Source: Gemmatimonadota bacterium (GTDB lineage Bacteria; Gemmatimonadota; Gemmatimonadetes; Gemmatimonadales; GWC2-71-9). From it: DNA of 60,516 nt. The DNA is taken from NCBI GenBank assembly GCA_041488455.1, contig JBGPPG010000005.1:1-60516 (forward strand). Direction: 5' to 3'. The notes under the pieces are model-generated. The model was not told the origin of the DNA. It was given only the letters and a program-made list of their open reading frames with translations, and ran no database searches. Made by a program: the position numbers and the translations under genes. Positions 18,397 through 27,369 of the stretch are shown in pieces; position 1 is the stretch's first letter; every line of letters begins with the position of its first letter.

Positions 18397-19254
18397 CTAC
18401 GGACGCGCGGCGCCCACCGCCGCCTCTGTTCGCGTCCATAGCTCCTGTGCGAGCGCCGGGTCTCGCGCGAGCCGGGAGGGCGTCGCTTCGCGGCACTTGT
18501 CGTAATAGCCGCCGGTCACGCTCGCCAGCTCCGGGGTTGTAGCGCAGTAGAGGGGAGTCTTCGCCCCCTCCTCGTTCGAGAGCATGAACAGCTTCATGAG
18601 CCACTGCACCGGCTGGGGGATGGCGCGCCAGATGTTCGAGGCTACGGCGCCGGGATGAAGCGCGTACGTCGTCACCGCGGTGCCGGCGAGCCGGCGGGCC
18701 AGCTCCTTCGCGTGCAGCACGTTCATGAGCTTCGTGACCGCGTACTCGGGAAAGGCACTGCGCTTCGGGGTTGTGCGGCGCTCGAGGCCGGACCAGTCCA
18801 TCTCTCGCACCCGCGTGTGCGCGGCGCTGGAGACGTTCACGATCCGGCCCTGAGGGGAGGCGAGCAGCAGGGGCAGGAGCAGGTTGGACAGCAGGAAGGG
18901 ACCGATGTGATTCGTCGCGTAGGTGAGATCGAAACCGTCCGGGCTCAGGGCGCGCGTGCCCGCCACCCCGGCGTTGTTCACCAGAACGTCGATCGGACGG
19001 CCGCCCGCGAGGACCCCGGCGGCGGCGCGCCGGACCGAGGCGAGATCGGCGACGTCAATCTGGACGAACTGCGGGTTGGCCCTCGGGTCCTGCCGGCGAA
19101 TGGCGTCGAGGACGGGCCGGGTCCGTTCCTCCGAGCGCGACGCGAGGACGACGCTCCCACCGCGGGCGGCGAGGGCCTCGACCATCGCCCTGCCGATGCC
19201 CGAGCTCGCCCCGGTCACAAGAAAAGTGCGACCTTCGAGATCCGTCATAGTCAC
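18397..19254 (-). CDS. SDR family oxidoreductase
   Basis: 285 aa. TGASSGIG and NNAG motifs. Confidence 0.85.
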   Translation of the reverse strand: MTMTDLEGRTFLVTGASSGIGRAMVEALAARGGSVVLASRSEERTRPVLDAIRRQDPRANPQFVQIDVADLASVRRAAAGVLAGGRPIDVLVNNAGVAGTRALSPDGFDLTYATNHIGPFLLSNLLLPLLLASPQGRIVNVSSAAHTRVREMDWSGLERRTTPKRSAFPEYAVTKLMNVLHAKELARRLAGTAVTTYALHPGAVASNIWRAIPQPVQWLMKLFMLSNEEGAKTPLYCATTPELASVTGGYYDKCREATPSRLARDPALAQELWTRTEAAVGAARP

Positions 19255-19269
19255 GCGGAGGAAGCTACG

Positions 19270-19638
19270 TCAGGGCCCGGTAACCCGCACCTCGCCGACC
19301 CCCAGGACGCGGGTACTGTCCGGCGCGTGCACGCTCACGCCCGTCCGGCCGGGACTGCGGCCGGTCACCAGGCCGGCGGTCGAGTCGATGGTCACGATCG
19401 TGGTGTCGTCCGCCTGCCAATGCAGGGCTGACGCCGGGACGTTGGGGATGCAATCGGTGGACACCTGGTTGTAGCTCGCGGTCAGCTGGATGGTCTGGCC
19501 GACGGCCACCGTCGTCGTGACCGGGTCGATCGCGGCCACGAGAATGAAACACCCATCCGGGCTTATGCTGGCGGCGGTCGAGCAGCCGGCCAGCGCGACG
19601 AGGGCGGCGAGCCCAAGAGCGGTGTGACCGACGAACAT
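19270..19638 (-). CDS. lipoprotein with Ig-like (Big_2-type) domain
   Basis: 122 aa. Lipobox LAGC. VAVGQTIQLTAS...VTIDSTAGLVTG pattern. Confidence 0.65.
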   Translation of the reverse strand: MFVGHTALGLAALVALAGCSTAASISPDGCFILVAAIDPVTTTVAVGQTIQLTASYNQVSTDCIPNVPASALHWQADDTTIVTIDSTAGLVTGRSPGRTGVSVHAPDSTRVLGVGEVRVTGP

Positions 19639-19641
19639 GCG

Positions 19642-19863
19642 CTAGACCGCGGCCTCCGTCTTCCGGGGCGACTCCAGTGCCTGGAACAAGGTCCGGCCCG
19701 CTGATGCCACCTCCTGCACCGCGCTGTCGAACGCCGCCTGGTTGGCCCGCGACGGAGCCCGGAAGCCGCTGATCTTGCGCACGAACTGGAGTGCTGCGTC
19801 CTGGAGCTCCTGGTCGGTCGGCTCGCGGTCGGCCTGACGCAGGCGCTTGATGTTTCGGCACAT
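19642..19863 (-). CDS. DUF2277 family protein
   Basis: 73 aa from ATG 19863 (GGAGG upstream). MCRNIKRL...AALQFVRKISGF signature. Confidence 0.75.
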   Translation of the reverse strand: MCRNIKRLRQADREPTDQELQDAALQFVRKISGFRAPSRANQAAFDSAVQEVASAGRTLFQALESPRKTEAAV

Positions 19864-19886
19864 TGTCGTTCCTCCTCGTCCCCTCG

Positions 19887-20543
19887 TCAAACGCCTCCGG
19901 GCGGCGGCGTCGAGTCACCGCGCCCCTGTGCCCACGGCACCGGCGGGACCGGCCGCCGCTCACGGGCGCGGTCCTCCGCGGCCGGCAGCTCCTCATCGAG
20001 CAGATCGCGGATCGAGGGCCACTCCTGGAGCACCTCGCCGTCTTTGCGCCGGCTCCGGAGTTGCCCGTCCGGCGTAAGGAAGTATCCCACGTTCTCGGTC
20101 GCCGTCCAGGTACACCCACCGAAATGGAACTCGCCGTCGGCGCCCCGGTACTCACGCGCCCAGTAACGGTTCGCGGCTTCGAGGTCGAGCGGCTCGAGCT
20201 GATGGCGGCCGGGGAGGGGCGTCCGCCCCCGGAGCGACGGCGGGAACCCGAAGAGCGCCAGTCCGAACGCGAAGCAGCCGTTCAGCGCCGCGAGCACCGG
20301 GGCATAGCCCTCGGGCACCGCCCCGCCGTTCCGCTCGGCGAACGCCGACAGCCAGGCGGGCTCGGGCGGCGGGTAGAGTACGAAAGCAAAGGCTTCGGGG
20401 CCGACCCAGGGCATGGGTGCGACCTGCACCGTGCCATCGGGCTGCACGCTCGCACCGCGGGAATAATGCCGCCGTACGGCCCTCTCCAGCGGCAGCAGCT
20501 GCGGCGGAAGGTTGCCAAGACGGTCGGCTACGGACGGCAGCAC
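19887..20543 (-). CDS. SMI1/KNR4 (SUKH-1)-like protein
   Basis: 218 aa. PEGYAPVLAALNGCFAFGLALFG and a C-terminal WPSIRDLL pattern resemble SUKH immunity-type domains. Confidence 0.5.
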   Translation of the reverse strand: MLPSVADRLGNLPPQLLPLERAVRRHYSRGASVQPDGTVQVAPMPWVGPEAFAFVLYPPPEPAWLSAFAERNGGAVPEGYAPVLAALNGCFAFGLALFGFPPSLRGRTPLPGRHQLEPLDLEAANRYWAREYRGADGEFHFGGCTWTATENVGYFLTPDGQLRSRRKDGEVLQEWPSIRDLLDEELPAAEDRARERRPVPPVPWAQGRGDSTPPPGGV

Positions 20544-20651
20544 GGCATGGTCCCTCGAAGCAGGAACAGCGATCCGGGCTCAGCCCGGAGAAAGGTCGAG
20601 CGGGCGTCCCGCCTCGTCGACGGTCGCTCCCACAGTCTTGCGTCTCCCGCC

Positions 20652-22487
20652 TTACCAGCCCGGGGGCTTGTCGAAGCAGTAGTGCCGCCAGACCAGCTCT
20701 TTCGTCACCTGCGGGCGCGGCTGTCCCGGTGGTGGCGTGGGCTCGAACATGAAGTTGATGTAGATGAGGTTCAGCCGCTCGCCCCCCACGTGCCGCGCAT
20801 TCCAATTGCGGCAGAGGTATCGCCCGAAATACAGCCGATGATCGCTGTAGCTGCGGAGCCAGATATTGCCGAGATACTTGCGCCATTGCGCGTTGCGATA
20901 GGTCACGGACGGGTCCGCTGGCCTCGCATCCGTCAGCTTTCCTCCCCCGTTCCACAGATCGAATCTGGTGCCGTCCATCTTCACGCCTTCAATGACGTAC
21001 CACCCCCCGTCCGTGGTCGGGTAGGGCGCGAACAGCCTCCACTGCTGTTGCAGCTGCGTCAGCGCGCCCAGGGCGCGCCAGACAGGAGGGAGCCGGCGAG
21101 CCTGCAGCGTCGAGACATTCCAGAAGAGGACAAACACCAGAGCCGCGATGGCGACCACGCTCGAGAAGGCCCCAAAATGCTCGCGGGGCGGCGGCGGCGT
21201 CACCGAGCGAAGGAACCGTCCCGCATCTGTCCGGTGAGTAGCTACCCAACGATACGCTGCCTCCCCCAGCCGGCGCGCGGGTGCGCATGCAATCACCCCT
21301 GCGAGCCGCCGGGTCACAACCGAGCGCCGGGACAGCTCGACGAACGCGTCATAGCCGGTGTGGAGACCGCCGGCCGGGTCGCGTACGACCCATGCGTTCC
21401 GGGCCTGCATGAGGGCCTCCGCCTGGGCGTCGCTCTGCGCCTCGCGAATCTCCGTCTGGTTCAATCGGAGGAGACTGCGCAGGATCAGCACCATCCGGCG
21501 GCAGAACCCGCAAGTCGCATCGAAGAAGACGATCGTGCCCCGATCCGCGCTCGTGGCCGCGCGGCTCTCGAGGATCTGCCAGGCGAGCCCCGGGAGAAGC
21601 GCCAGCCAGGCGCTCGCACAGACCCAGGGGAAGTTGCCGAGCCGCAAGGAGAGGCCGAGGCCTGTGTGAAATCCGATGAAGATCAGCACGATGACCAGGC
21701 GCACCGCGCCGCCGAGGAACGGACAGAAGGCCAGCATGGGTCCGACCAGCTCCAGCGCCACGGTACCGAAGGTCATCAGCCGAAGGAGGCGAGGGAACTG
21801 GAGCAGAAACGTCCCGAACGGTGTCGCGAACTGGCCGAGGCTCAAGGCGTAGTAGATCGCCGAGCCTTCGACGTTCCAGACCGGATGCCACTTGGCGATC
21901 GCCGCGAACCAGTAGACGGAGCAGATCTGGAGCACCAGACCAAGGCTGCCCGCGGAGAAGTGAGTCGGCTCGCCTGGTGGCGCGGCGGGGTTCAGCGCCC
22001 GGTCGAGCGAGAATCGCGCATTGAGCGGCACGAACATGCACCAGAACAGAAGCAGTCGCAGTATGTCGTCGCCGCCGTGAAGAATGACCGGGTTGCGCAC
22101 CTGTATCGAGCAGAGGAGAAGCCAGGAGCCGGCGGCGCAGACGCGCGTCCGGTAGCCGGCCACCAGGCCGAGCGCGAGGACGATTGCGATCAGGAGGAGA
22201 GCGAGCTGGACGACATATTGTCCGCTCACCAGATGGAGGCTCACGGCCCACGGCTGGCCGAACTGGCTGATCAGTGCATCGCGGGGCAGGATCCCGGCAT
22301 CGGTGTAGAAGTCGTCGATTTCGGGAATGTGGCCGGCCAGCTCGACGACCAGGCACGTGCCGAGCGCGACGCGGAAGAGGGCGAGCGATCGCAGGTCCAC
22401 GGCCAGCATGTGCCACCAACGCCAACTGTCGGACGCTGCTCGTCCCGAGTCAGTCATTGCGGCCCCAGGTTCACCCGTTGCGATCAT
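20652..22487 (-). CDS. HTTM (gamma-carboxylase-like) membrane domain fused to a DCC-type thiol-disulfide oxidoreductase and a conserved C-terminal region
   Basis: 611 aa. N-terminal HTTM-like polytopic region (LRSLALFRVALG...). Central FFDATCGFCRR ... YRWVATHR (DCC/DUF393). C-terminal QQQWRLFAPYP region. Confidence 0.75.
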   Translation of the reverse strand: MIATGEPGAAMTDSGRAASDSWRWWHMLAVDLRSLALFRVALGTCLVVELAGHIPEIDDFYTDAGILPRDALISQFGQPWAVSLHLVSGQYVVQLALLLIAIVLALGLVAGYRTRVCAAGSWLLLCSIQVRNPVILHGGDDILRLLLFWCMFVPLNARFSLDRALNPAAPPGEPTHFSAGSLGLVLQICSVYWFAAIAKWHPVWNVEGSAIYYALSLGQFATPFGTFLLQFPRLLRLMTFGTVALELVGPMLAFCPFLGGAVRLVIVLIFIGFHTGLGLSLRLGNFPWVCASAWLALLPGLAWQILESRAATSADRGTIVFFDATCGFCRRMVLILRSLLRLNQTEIREAQSDAQAEALMQARNAWVVRDPAGGLHTGYDAFVELSRRSVVTRRLAGVIACAPARRLGEAAYRWVATHRTDAGRFLRSVTPPPPREHFGAFSSVVAIAALVFVLFWNVSTLQARRLPPVWRALGALTQLQQQWRLFAPYPTTDGGWYVIEGVKMDGTRFDLWNGGGKLTDARPADPSVTYRNAQWRKYLGNIWLRSYSDHRLYFGRYLCRNWNARHVGGERLNLIYINFMFEPTPPPGQPRPQVTKELVWRHYCFDKPPGW

Positions 22488-22567
22488 CCGAGTCCAAGCC
22501 GGTCCGCGAGCCTCAACCGTCCGGGCCGCATCAAGCTAGAACGACAATCGAGCGAGCGCCAACGCCC

Positions 22568-24196
22568 CTACCGGGATGCACGCGCCGGGGCCGTCGGAAG
22601 CCCGAAGACGAGAACGGTCGGCGCTCCCGGGTCTCTTCCGATCGAGAAGCGGGACGGCCGCCCCGACATGACCGCGACGTACTGGGTCCCGTCAACCGAG
22701 TACGAGACGACGCCACCCCCGATCGGGCCGCCAGTGTTGAAGCGGTACAGCACCTCGCCGGTCCGCGCGTCCAGCGCGAGCAGATCGCCTGTAAGCTCGC
22801 CGGTGAACACCAGGTCGCCGGCTGTCGCGACGATCCCGGCGATCAGCGGGGCCGGCGACCGGTAACGCCACCGGATGCGGCCTGTGCCGGCGTCCACCGC
22901 CGTTAGCCATCCCGCCGCCTTCTCGCCCGGCTCCTGCCCGGCCGTGCCGCCCAGGTTATTCCGACGGGCTGCGCGACCGATCCCCTGATCGAGCTTGTAT
23001 GTCGCGCACCAGTCCACCGCGTTGACGAACAGTGTCTGAAGCCGTGGGCTGTATGCGGGGCCGTTCCACTGCACGCCTCCCCAGAAGCCGGGACAGACGC
23101 GTGTTGCCGTCGTGGTGACGGGGACTTCTACGGCCTCGCGCGTCGTGACGGCGGTTTCGTAGAGCACCTCGTGCGTCTTCCGATCCACCGTGCGCAACAT
23201 CCCGTCCTTCCCCGCGGTGGCGATCAGATCCCGCGGTTTGCCGCCGATGATGCTGCTGAACAGCGGACCCGCATGGGTAAGGTCCCAGTCGTGAGTGTCG
23301 TGAGCCACGATCTGCCGGTACCAGCGCAGCGTCCCGCGGCGCACATCGAGCGCGATGAGCGAATTGGAGTAGAGGTTCTCACCCTCGCGCGCGTGGCCGG
23401 CGAAGTCAGGGATCGGGTTCCCGGTCGCGACGTAGAGGGTGCCGGTGGCCTGGTCGAGCGCAAGCGGAGTCCACACGGCGGCTCCGCCGCCGACCACGGA
23501 ATCGTTCGCGCGCCAGGTCGCCCGATCCCGGGTCGTCTCGAAGCGCCAGACCGCCTGGCCGTCGGTGAGCCGGAATGCGCCGACCCAGCCCGCGATGCCG
23601 TGCTCGCCTATGCCCGGGCCGATCAGCACGAGATCCTCGTAGATCAGCGGCGGCATGGCGAACGTCTCCCCGGCCTGGGGGTCGGCCACCCGGCGGGTCC
23701 AGAGGGTCCGGCCGGTCGCCGCATCGAGCGCGATCAAGTAGCCATCGGTCGTGCCCCGAACGATGCGGCCGTCCTTGATCGCCACGCCCCGGCTCCGCGG
23801 CCAGGTTTCCGTTCCCGTCCCGGGCCATTCATGCTTCCACCGCAAGCGGCAGGTACGGGCGTCGAGCGCCAGCGTGAGGCGAGCGGTGGTAACGTACATG
23901 ACGCCGCGGTGGACGATCGGCATGGCCTGGAAGTTCTCCAGACTACTTACCTGGTACACGCACACCGCCTGCAATCGGGTTACCGTGGCTCGCGTGAGCT
24001 GGCCAAGCGGACTGTACTTGGTTCCGGCGTAGTCATGCTCCGGCGTGAGCCAGTCGGAGGCGCCGGCGGCGCGGTCGAGCTCGGCCTGGGTCGGTGCTTC
24101 GGTGGATGGCGATGGGTGCTGCGCACCGGCCGGGTCGGCCCCGGCCGCGGCGAGAAGCACCAAGCCGGCGAGAACGCTCTCAACTGCGTGATCCAT
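22568..24196 (-). CDS. secreted PQQ-dependent dehydrogenase-like beta-propeller
   Basis: 542 aa from ATG 24196 in track ORF 22568..24331. Signal peptide and repeated propeller blades (GVMYVTT, LIALDAATG, LTAVDAGTG, LLALDARTG). Confidence 0.75.
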   Translation of the reverse strand: MDHAVESVLAGLVLLAAAGADPAGAQHPSPSTEAPTQAELDRAAGASDWLTPEHDYAGTKYSPLGQLTRATVTRLQAVCVYQVSSLENFQAMPIVHRGVMYVTTARLTLALDARTCRLRWKHEWPGTGTETWPRSRGVAIKDGRIVRGTTDGYLIALDAATGRTLWTRRVADPQAGETFAMPPLIYEDLVLIGPGIGEHGIAGWVGAFRLTDGQAVWRFETTRDRATWRANDSVVGGGAAVWTPLALDQATGTLYVATGNPIPDFAGHAREGENLYSNSLIALDVRRGTLRWYRQIVAHDTHDWDLTHAGPLFSSIIGGKPRDLIATAGKDGMLRTVDRKTHEVLYETAVTTREAVEVPVTTTATRVCPGFWGGVQWNGPAYSPRLQTLFVNAVDWCATYKLDQGIGRAARRNNLGGTAGQEPGEKAAGWLTAVDAGTGRIRWRYRSPAPLIAGIVATAGDLVFTGELTGDLLALDARTGEVLYRFNTGGPIGGGVVSYSVDGTQYVAVMSGRPSRFSIGRDPGAPTVLVFGLPTAPARASR

Positions 24197-24675
24197 CAGG
24201 CGGCAGGCAGGTAGGAGCGCCACTCGTCGGATTCGGCGACCCGCTTGATGATCTCCCCCCGTTCGACCAGGAAACGCCGCAGGTACCGGCCCAGCACCAG
24301 GCGCTCGACGAGCCAACCGATCGGGCCACACGGTGCGGCGAAGCGGCAGGTGTCGGTCATGAGCGTGCCGCCGAGTTCAGGCGTGAACGTGTGGTCGTGA
24401 ACGAAGTACCGGAAAGCGCCCCGCACCATCTCGTCCCGGAAGTGCTCCGGCCAGGTGTAGGCCGTGATGCGGCTCGTCAGCTCCTGCCAGACCCCGAAGT
24501 GCCGGCCGCGCCAGGTGACCTCCTGGCCCGGGCCGATCAACCCGCTCGTGACGCCGGCGACGGCGGTCTCGCCCGTCTCCGCCGCGGTGCGCACGTGCAG
24601 GTCGACGCTCCGGGCGAGGTCGAAGCACCGGGCACCCGGCGCCCGGATGTGGGCGTGCGTCTCCAAAATCAACAT
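24196..24675 (-). CDS. SRPBCC (START/polyketide cyclase-like) family protein
   Basis: 159 aa, SRPBCC-like pattern. Its stop overlaps the downstream ATG by 1 nt. Confidence 0.7.
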   Translation of the reverse strand: MLILETHAHIRAPGARCFDLARSVDLHVRTAAETGETAVAGVTSGLIGPGQEVTWRGRHFGVWQELTSRITAYTWPEHFRDEMVRGAFRYFVHDHTFTPELGGTLMTDTCRFAAPCGPIGWLVERLVLGRYLRRFLVERGEIIKRVAESDEWRSYLPAA

Positions 24676-24702
24676 CGGCTCGGCGCGGGCGCGTCGCGCG
24701 CC

Positions 24703-26118
24703 TCAGGGGAAGATCCCGAGCTGCTCGTAGCTGAGCGCCACCTTGTCGATGGCGAGGATCATCGCGGCTGTGCGCAGGTCCACCTTGCCCTGCTGCCGCT
24801 TCCACACGCTCCGGATCGGATGGTAGGCGCTGATCATGGTCTCCTCCAGCCCGGAGTTCACCAGATCCTCCTCGCTCGCGCCGTGGGTGATCCGCTCGAT
24901 CTCCTCGTTGGTGAACTGCCGGCCCGTAACCCCCTCGACGGCATGGAGCAGCCGGCCATAGGCGCCCTGCTCGAACCGCTTCTGCATCCGGCCGAACCGG
25001 ACGTGGCCCAGGTTCTTCACCCACTCGAAGTAGGAGACGGTGACGCCGCCGGCGTTGATGAACGTGTCCGGGACGATCATCACGTTGCGGCGCGCCAGAA
25101 TGTCGTCCGCTTCCGGCGTCGTGGGGCCGTTCGCGGCCTCGACCACGATCTTCGCCTTGATGCGCGGCGCGTTCTCCGCGGTGACCTGGCGCTCCAGCGC
25201 CGCGGGGATGAGGATGTCGCACTCCAGCTCGAGGGCGTCCTCCCGCCGCGCCAGTGTCGTGGCGCCGGGGAAGTCGCGGAGGCTGCGGCGCTCCTGGCGG
25301 TGGGCCATCACCTTCTCGAGGTCGAGGCCCTTGGGATTCGCGATCGCGCCCTCGGCTTCGGCCAGCCCGACCAGCACCGCCCCGCCCTCCTGGAAGAACT
25401 TGGCCGCGAAGTATCCGACGTTGCCGAGGCCTTGGACGACCACGCGCTTGCCGTCGAGCCCGGGCGAGAGCCCGAGCGGCTTCATGTCCTCTGCGACGCT
25501 CACGACCTCGCGGGTCCCGAAGAAGACGCCGCGTCCGGTCGCCTCGGTCCGGCCGCGGATGCCGCCTTGACTCACCGGCTTGGCCGTGACGCAGCCGAGC
25601 GCGTCCAGCTCCCCCGGTCGGAGCTGAGTGTAGGTGTCGGCCACCCACGCCATCTCCCGCGGACCGGTCCCGACGTCCGGGGCCGGAACGTCGAGCCCGG
25701 GCCCGATGAAGTTCTTGCGCACCAGCTCGAAGACGTAGCGCCGGGTGATCCGCTCCAGCTCATCCGGCGTGTAGCTCTTCGGATTGAGCCGGATGGCGCC
25801 CTTGGCACCGCCGAACGGCACATCCACCAGCGCGCACTTGTAGGTCATCAGCGCGGCGAGCGCTTGCACCTCGTCCGCGTCCACGTCGAGGGCGTACCGG
25901 ATGCCCCCTTTGCAGGGCAGCTTGTGATGGCTGTGCTCCGCCCGCCAGGCGTGCATCACCTCGATGCGGCCGTCGTCGCGCTTTACGGGGAAGCTGGTGT
26001 AAAAGAGGTTCTTGCAGGCCTTGATGTTGGCCAAGAGGGTGGCATCGTGATGGGTGAATCCGGCGGCACGGTCGAACGCCTGGTTCACCTGCTCCAGAAA
26101 GCTGGCGCCCACGGACAC
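24703..26118 (-). CDS. gdh: glutamate dehydrogenase (Glu/Leu/Phe/Val dehydrogenase family)
   Basis: 471 aa. KGGIRY, PFGGAKG and GLGNVG Rossmann motifs. Confidence 0.9.
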   Translation of the reverse strand: MSVGASFLEQVNQAFDRAAGFTHHDATLLANIKACKNLFYTSFPVKRDDGRIEVMHAWRAEHSHHKLPCKGGIRYALDVDADEVQALAALMTYKCALVDVPFGGAKGAIRLNPKSYTPDELERITRRYVFELVRKNFIGPGLDVPAPDVGTGPREMAWVADTYTQLRPGELDALGCVTAKPVSQGGIRGRTEATGRGVFFGTREVVSVAEDMKPLGLSPGLDGKRVVVQGLGNVGYFAAKFFQEGGAVLVGLAEAEGAIANPKGLDLEKVMAHRQERRSLRDFPGATTLARREDALELECDILIPAALERQVTAENAPRIKAKIVVEAANGPTTPEADDILARRNVMIVPDTFINAGGVTVSYFEWVKNLGHVRFGRMQKRFEQGAYGRLLHAVEGVTGRQFTNEEIERITHGASEEDLVNSGLEETMISAYHPIRSVWKRQQGKVDLRTAAMILAIDKVALSYEQLGIFP

Positions 26119-26172
26119 GGACAGCTCCTGAGACGGTGGGTGGAGAGTGATAGCCGGGCCGGGTGCGTCCCG

Positions 26173-26573
26173 CTAGGGGGAAGGCGGCGGCATTCCATAG
26201 CCGCGGGCCATCGCGGTGGCCGCCAGGACCATGAGGATCACGAGGACCGCCTGGAGAAAGCTGACCTGGGCGAACCGGGCGGCTGCCCGGGTATCGGGCG
26301 TCGCGCCGCGCGCCAGGGCGACCCGCCAGCGAAATGAGGGAGATCATTGGGCTCCGCTCGTAGCACGAGGATCAGCCCGAGCAGGCCCATCTTGGTCCAG
26401 AACAGGTGGTTGTGGAGGTAGTAAGCGCTTCCCTTCTCCAGCCCGCCGAAAGCGCGGACCAGGCCCGTCCCGATCCAGAGCACCGCGGCGATCCCCCACA
26501 CAGCGCCGAGGCCCACGCCCAAGCCGAGGAGGTGCACCGCCGCGAAGAGCCAGCGGACGAGGATCGAGTTCAT
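26173..26573 (-). pseudogene. DUF2214-like membrane protein with apparent 1-nt frameshift near 26340-26347
   Basis: Track ORF 26238..26573 loses protein character after LGLILVL. The adjacent frame reads SPSFRWRVALARGATPD...VLVILMVLAATAMARGYG* (stop 26173-26175). Total length is 401 nt, not a multiple of 3. Confidence 0.6.
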
Positions 26574-26587
26574 GGGTCCAGCCGGAG

Positions 26588-26866
26588 CTAGTGCCGGTTG
26601 TCGAACTCGATGCCGGCCTCGGTCTCCTTGATCGCGTCGTCCACAAGAGCTATCGCCTTGACCCGGTGCCCACCCTTGTCCGGCTCGGCCTTATCCAGAT
26701 GGGCCCGGGCCGCACGCAGTGACGTAAGGGCCGCCCGCATGTGGGGCTGGGGTACGGCGCCCGCCAAGGCAGATGCCGCGGCGGCTCGACGAGGGGTTAA
26801 TGCCAGACTGAACGGAAGCGCGGTGAGAAACGCGACGACCGACCGACGGGACGAAAGCGATGACAT
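26588..26866 (-). CDS. small secreted protein, hypothetical
   Basis: 92 aa. Signal peptide (RRSVVAFLTALPFSLALTP...), then a helical region DKGGHRVKAIALVDDAIKE. Confidence 0.6.
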   Translation of the reverse strand: MSSLSSRRSVVAFLTALPFSLALTPRRAAAASALAGAVPQPHMRAALTSLRAARAHLDKAEPDKGGHRVKAIALVDDAIKETEAGIEFDNRH

Positions 26867-26901
26867 GAGGCTCTCCGCGTTGAGAGGTTGAAGTTCGCCA
26901 T

Positions 26902-26955
26902 CGGCCGAATCTTAGGCTCGCCGACGGCTATTGGGCCACTCCCGCCCGCGGGCGG
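26902..26955 (-). repeat. diverged copy (G) of the intercistronic repeat family plus a 14-bp perfect palindrome
   Basis: CGGCCGAATCTTAGGCTCGCCGACGGCTATTGGG aligns with the CCGAATTCTACGCTCC...GCCACCGGCTATGAGG copies. CCGCCCGCGGGCGG lies at 26942-26955. Confidence 0.45.
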
Positions 26956-27024
26956 CACCATCCGGATTCTGGTGAACCGTGCGGCGGTGGTGCGGACGGA
27001 CCGGGCCGAGGTGCCCGGGTACTG

Positions 27025-27352
27025 CTAGCGTCCGTGTGAAGTCTGCCGGGAGACCGCCTCGCGGACGGTCCACACTGTTGCCTTCGCTCCATCCGGCCGA
27101 ATCTCCACCAGGTTGTCGGCTGTGCTCACCAGGTAGACCGTTACCCCGCTCTTGAGAAATTCGCAGTGGTTGGCTCGGTCGGCGACGAACGCATCGGCGC
27201 CGCGCGCGTTGTGGTCGTTGCTGAGCCCGAGCGCCTTTTCCGTGTTGGCCTTGTCGGAGCACGCGACGTAGCCGCGCCTAGGTCTCCTGCTGTCCCAGCC
27301 CGATTGTCTGGATAGAGGCAATCAGACAGCCGGCGATGACTCCCGCTCGCAT
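27025..27352 (-). CDS. small secreted/lipoprotein candidate, N-terminus in a different frame (possible frameshift near 27280)
   Basis: Track ORF 27025..27321 has strong coding signal only from ...RRGYVACSDKANTEK. ATG 27352 (GGAGAG 8 nt upstream) opens MRAGVIAGCLIASIQTIGLGQQET and hits TAG at 27278-27280, one frame off. Confidence 0.45.
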
Positions 27353-27369
27353 GGCGATTCTCTCCAGGG

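Noticed and set aside
19863-22865. 1000-aa plus-strand ORF, the longest ORF in the window
   Set aside because: The translation is Arg/Pro/Gly/Glu-rich with no motifs. It runs antisense to three convincing minus-strand genes (SUKH-like, HTTM-DCC, the end of the PQQ propeller). This is the typical stop-free shadow frame of high-GC DNA.
24094-26337. 747-aa plus-strand ORF
   Set aside because: It is antisense to the SRPBCC gene and to the unmistakable glutamate dehydrogenase gene. Low-complexity Arg/Asp/Leu composition.
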